Origin: Candidatus Babeliales bacterium
GTDB lineage: Bacteria; Babelota; Babeliae; Babelales; Vermiphilaceae
Length of the DNA stretch: 64,000 nt
Assembly (NCBI GenBank): GCA_963743635.1
Contig: CAVUQO010000002.1
Location: 1-64,000 of the forward strand
Reading direction: 5' to 3'
Shown one piece after another: positions 60,091-64,000 of the stretch; the first letter of the stretch is position 1, and each line of letters starts with the position of its first letter. The position numbers and the translations under genes were made by a program. A model generated the notes under the pieces. It was not told the DNA's origin. It saw only the letters and a list, made by a program, of their open reading frames with translations, and did no database searches.

Positions 60091-60894
60091 TCAGTCTTTC
60101 CGTGGATAGAATATGTTTAATAGTTGAGTCTGAATATAAATATCATCGCTGAGGCGGAGATTACAAGGATTTTTTATTCTAAAATGAAAGGCATTTAGGT
60201 TCTTTTTTTGCCTATGCCATTCTTGTAAGTTTAGAAAATTAATTCTTGTGTGAAGACTTAAAGGTATTCCTTGCTGTTTTAGAAATTCTCCTATGGCTAC
60301 ATCATCAGGAGTGGTGTTATTGATAAAATGATCTTTATGCTGCACTAAGAGCTCTGCTATATCAGGGGAAATGAGAAAGCCGCAACCAGACCCAATAAAA
60401 CAATTGGGTCCAATGTCTGATCCACAATAAAAATTTTTCTTAGGACATGTTTTTAAAAAATTTAAGAGCCTTGGAAACACATAAAATGAAGATAGGTTAG
60501 TTCTTAATATATAATCAAATTCCTGCTGTATTCGTGGTAAAAAGGCCTCTAGCGATAAAATCGTTTTATTTAATATGCCGGGGGCAAGGCTTTCGGGAGT
60601 CCGTGACCATATTATATCGCCATTAATTTCACAGAGAGATGATAAATCCGGGTCCCCCTTAATAAAATAGGCTTCAATGTGTTCAGGATCATTATGCATA
60701 TAAGAGCGCCATATTTTCTGTAGTTCTGAATAAACTGGCAGATCTTCTGAAGCGATGATAAGCACGAGAACTTTTGGTCTATCTTTTTTAATCTGTTCTA
60801 TGTCTGTTCGAGTATGATGAAGGGGCCTTGCGTTAAGATAGAACGTAGCGTTGAGCATTAACAGTATATTCATGATCAAAATAGTAGTTTTCAT
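60091..60894 (-). CDS. Putative glycosyltransferase (GT-A, GT31/Fringe-like) with N-terminal signal
   Basis: ILNKT, FDYILRTNLSSF, GSGCGFLISPD, DDVAIG. Confidence 0.65.
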   Translation of the reverse strand: MKTTILIMNILLMLNATFYLNARPLHHTRTDIEQIKKDRPKVLVLIIASEDLPVYSELQKIWRSYMHNDPEHIEAYFIKGDPDLSSLCEINGDIIWSRTPESLAPGILNKTILSLEAFLPRIQQEFDYILRTNLSSFYVFPRLLNFLKTCPKKNFYCGSDIGPNCFIGSGCGFLISPDIAELLVQHKDHFINNTTPDDVAIGEFLKQQGIPLSLHTRINFLNLQEWHRQKKNLNAFHFRIKNPCNLRLSDDIYIQTQLLNIFYPRKD

Positions 60895-61132
60895 TACATC
60901 CCCTTTTTTTAGTATAGGATTGTTTTAACGGATAGGCTCTACAATGAAAGCTCATGAGTCGAAGAAACTCTTGGACATTGTAATCATAAAAATAACCTAC
61001 GGTCAATCGCGTGTTTGGTACTAATTTTGCATATATCGCTTTTATGCCTTTCAAATATTTGATCTTTATATAGGATTTCTAAAAATAGCAGAACACATTA
61101 AAAAAGGGATGGTAGCAATGAAAGATAGGTAT

Positions 61133-62251
61133 ATGAAAACCTTATTTAAGGGATTAATATTTTTTACTTTGTGCCTTCAGTATTTTGATGCGGTGAGTGT
61201 CGCGCAACAAGATAGGTTAAAAGAAAAAACAGTATTGCTGACGGGAGCTGCCGGTTTTATCGGTAGTAACTTTTTGAAATATATGTTTGATAAATATCCA
61301 TCATATCAATTCTTGGTCTTGGATTCTCTTACGTATGCGGGAAATTTAGATAATATTCCTGATTATATCCATGCATCTTCTCGTTTTAAATTTTTCTATG
61401 GATCGGTGACTAACACGCGCTTAGTAGATTTTTTGATGAAACAATCCCATTTAGTAGTCCATTTTGCCGCAGAATCACACGTTGCACGCAGTATCTATGA
61501 TTCTGCGGTTTTTTTTGAAACGGACGTAATAGGCACACGAGTATTAATGGATTCTTTGGTCATACATAAAAATGTGGAACGGTTTATTCATATTTCTACC
61601 TCCGAAGTATGTGGAACGGCAGAAATGGTGCCCATGGATGAAGAGCATCCTATCAAGCCTCGCTCTCCCTATGCTGCGGCAAAGGCCGGCGCTGATAGAT
61701 TAGTATATGCCTATCAATGTACCTATGATATTCCTACTATCATTATCCGACCATTCAATAACTATGGTCCGCGCCAACATTTAGAAAAATTAATTCCTCG
61801 GTTTATTACGAGCGCTTTAAAGCAAGAGTCTTTAACTATTCATGGAAACGGTTTACAAACAAGGGACTGGCTGCATGTAGATGATACCTGCCGTGCTTTG
61901 GATATGGTTTTGCATCACAAACATTTTGAGAATATAAAAAATCAAGTTATCAATATCGGGAGCGGCAAGGAAACCTCAGTTCTAGAGATTGCTCAGCAAG
62001 TACGTGATATTTTTGAACTACCTGATACTGCATTGGAATTTGTTGCTGATAGACCAGGGCAAGTTGCATGTCATATTGCATCGATAACAAAGGCAAAAAT
62101 ATTGTTGGGTTGGGAACCAACTATTTCACTTAAAGAAGGATTACTATCAGTTGCAGATTGGTATAGTATTCATAAAAAATGGTGGAAAAAAAGAGAATTT
62201 ATGCAATATGTTCCCATTGTGTTATCAGATCAAACGGTGGCCTTGCAATAA
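61133..62251 (+). CDS. rfbB: NDP-sugar 4,6-dehydratase (RmlB/RfbB-like SDR) with N-terminal signal-like extension
   Basis: TGAAGFIGSNF, DSLTYAGNL, HFAAESHV, SPYAAAK, NNYGPRQ..EKLIP, RDWLHV.D. Confidence 0.85.
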   Translation: MKTLFKGLIFFTLCLQYFDAVSVAQQDRLKEKTVLLTGAAGFIGSNFLKYMFDKYPSYQFLVLDSLTYAGNLDNIPDYIHASSRFKFFYGSVTNTRLVDFLMKQSHLVVHFAAESHVARSIYDSAVFFETDVIGTRVLMDSLVIHKNVERFIHISTSEVCGTAEMVPMDEEHPIKPRSPYAAAKAGADRLVYAYQCTYDIPTIIIRPFNNYGPRQHLEKLIPRFITSALKQESLTIHGNGLQTRDWLHVDDTCRALDMVLHHKHFENIKNQVINIGSGKETSVLEIAQQVRDIFELPDTALEFVADRPGQVACHIASITKAKILLGWEPTISLKEGLLSVADWYSIHKKWWKKREFMQYVPIVLSDQTVALQ

Positions 62252-62341
62252 ATTTAGCCCTTGTGGATACAATACATTCAACAATTGGGTATGAGGATAG
62301 ATATCATCATTTGAGATGTAAATGTTCAGGATTTTTTATTA

Positions 62342-63172
62342 TTACCACTCAAAGTCTTTTTCATATCCAAGATCTATGAGGAGTTGCCCTGCATGTTCCT
62401 TAAAGAGTGCTATTTGAGCTGGGGTAAAATACTGTTTCCATGATCCAATTTGGCCTTTGTTGAATGAATAGCTTTTGCCGAAAATACTGCTTCCATAAGC
62501 TATCGCTTCTTCATTATTGATTGATTGGCCTATATGCTTGGCAATTGCAGTTATGGTGCGTAGCTGAGCATCGAGATTTCCGCCACCTTTTGGCCCAATC
62601 AAATCTTCAAAGTGAATAGATAAGACATTAGGAAGCTTTTGCCATGGTAAATAGGCATCGAATACTTTTTTAATACCAAGCGTGCTGATGTGATGGGATG
62701 TTACATGCATACTTTCTCCGCCTTCTATCAAGCGAGTTATGGTCTCTTCCAGTGAAAGTGTTTGAGCGCCGGGCCAGAATTTCTTATCTTTATCTCGTAT
62801 GTACAGTGCGAACGAGACAACCACGTCTCTTGGGTCACGATAAATAAAAATGATGCGATATTTAGGATCTGCTAAGACCAGAGCATATTCTTCAACGTAG
62901 GGAGAATGAGTTGCCCAAAAACTTTTATCTGATAAAGAGCTAAACCTTTTAAAATCGTTAGGAGTTAGATTGATGACATCCTGTTCTCCTGCTTTGGTTT
63001 TGGCAGCTGCATCAGACCCTATAAATGAGAGACCTTTTTTAGTCATTGTTTTTAGAAGTGTGATACCTAAGAATGTTCCTGCTTTCATCATCGATATTTG
63101 CACAACGAGACAAGAGGTATATGGTGCTGATAAAGCAATGATTAATGCAGTGATGAGATATGTTTTTTTCAT
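62342..63172 (-). CDS. Sulfotransferase-domain protein with signal peptide (paralog of 59115)
   Basis: MKAGT; YRDPRDVVVS; FNKGQIGSWK; AGQLLIDLGYE.DF.W shared with the paralog. Confidence 0.85.
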   Translation of the reverse strand: MKKTYLITALIIALSAPYTSCLVVQISMMKAGTFLGITLLKTMTKKGLSFIGSDAAAKTKAGEQDVINLTPNDFKRFSSLSDKSFWATHSPYVEEYALVLADPKYRIIFIYRDPRDVVVSFALYIRDKDKKFWPGAQTLSLEETITRLIEGGESMHVTSHHISTLGIKKVFDAYLPWQKLPNVLSIHFEDLIGPKGGGNLDAQLRTITAIAKHIGQSINNEEAIAYGSSIFGKSYSFNKGQIGSWKQYFTPAQIALFKEHAGQLLIDLGYEKDFEW

Positions 63173-63368
63173 GCCGTTTTTCCTCCTTTTTGATTTTTTG
63201 GTTCTTTTATCTGAAGCAGTATATTTTTTTTTTATATTAATTGAAGAAGCAATTAATTTAAAAGGGTTAATATCTTGGTGACTAAAACTATAGTTTTTTT
63301 TTACTTTATGGTAGGTATATCAGGGTAGGAATGAGGAAAAAGGTAGCCATATAAAAAGGGTTTCGGTA

Positions 63369-64000
63369 ATGAAAAAGTGTCGATTTTTGGAGAAATATGT
63401 ATGGCTTGTTGTTATCGCCATAGCATTCGCAGGTACGCTTTATTCGCAACCTATAGAAAAAAAGAAATATAGCGTTTCCATCATCACCTCTCTTTATAAA
63501 GGCGATAAATTTATCGGTGGATTCATGAAGGATATCGTTCAGCAAACTATTTTTGATCAATGCGAGTTGATTTTAATTAATGCCAATTCTCCCGGCAATG
63601 AAGAGCAAGTAATACTGCCATATCTAACTAAATATCCGAACATTAAGTATATAAAATTATCCTCTGATCCCGGTTTGTATGCCGTATGGAATATGGCTAT
63701 CAAGATGGCGAAAGCGCCATTTATTACGAATGCAAACGTGGATGATAGGCTTGCCTTTGATTGTCATGAGGTCCATAAAAAAGCATTAGAAGCGAATCCG
63801 CATATTGATCTTGTGTATTCCGATATGTATGTAACGCACGTTCCCAACGAAACTTTTTTGACTACGACTTCAAAAAGGGTGTATGGATTACCTCAGTTTT
63901 CTAAAAAAAATATGCGCATGTGTATTATGGGAAATCATCCAATGTGGCGCAAATCAATACATCAAAAATATGGTTATTTTGATGAAACATATAAATCTTC
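63369..64000 (+). CDS. GT2-family glycosyltransferase with N-terminal signal, truncated by the window end
   Basis: Hand translation MKKCRFLEKYVWLVVIAIAFAGTLYS|QP...VSIITSLYKG...ELILINANS...GLYAVWN...NANVDDR. Confidence 0.85.
   Translation, partial: MKKCRFLEKYVWLVVIAIAFAGTLYSQPIEKKKYSVSIITSLYKGDKFIGGFMKDIVQQTIFDQCELILINANSPGNEEQVILPYLTKYPNIKYIKLSSDPGLYAVWNMAIKMAKAPFITNANVDDRLAFDCHEVHKKALEANPHIDLVYSDMYVTHVPNETFLTTTSKRVYGLPQFSKKNMRMCIMGNHPMWRKSIHQKYGYFDETYKS

Overview
Chromosomal window from a host-associated diderm bacterium. The gene content (many Sec-exported eukaryote-like proteins, BTB-WD40 effectors, a pseudopilin operon fused to an MCE gene, a tandem Ddl) resembles Dependentiae/Babeliales (TM6); this assignment is inference. 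Housekeeping genes are priA, polA, orn, rpmA, secF, rho, tsaD, smpB plus tmRNA, pth, alaS, skp, nagZ, an amidase and a double-domain ddl. They are interleaved with arrays of secreted orphan proteins. secF, rho, alaS, gspF and the first WD40 gene carry frameshifts that most likely are sequencing errors. Main signals: (1) a secreted precursor with the ubiquitin tail RLRGG followed by a 72-aa Gly/Ala-rich hydrophobic peptide, translationally coupled to two unannotated small membrane ORFs; (2) about 14 unrelated secreted orphans whose predicted mature protein starts with Met (mostly M-E/D/Q), unlike the envelope proteins; (3) several families of short palindromic elements, two bracketed by 56-bp duplications, one with a cargo gene inside a 46-47-bp duplication, and one inserted in frame in a prepilin leader; (4) a glycosylation/sulfation cluster in which every enzyme has an N-terminal export-like signal; (5) BTB-WD40 proteins with homogenised scaffolds and hypervariable surface positions. 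All calls were made by eye without database searches.
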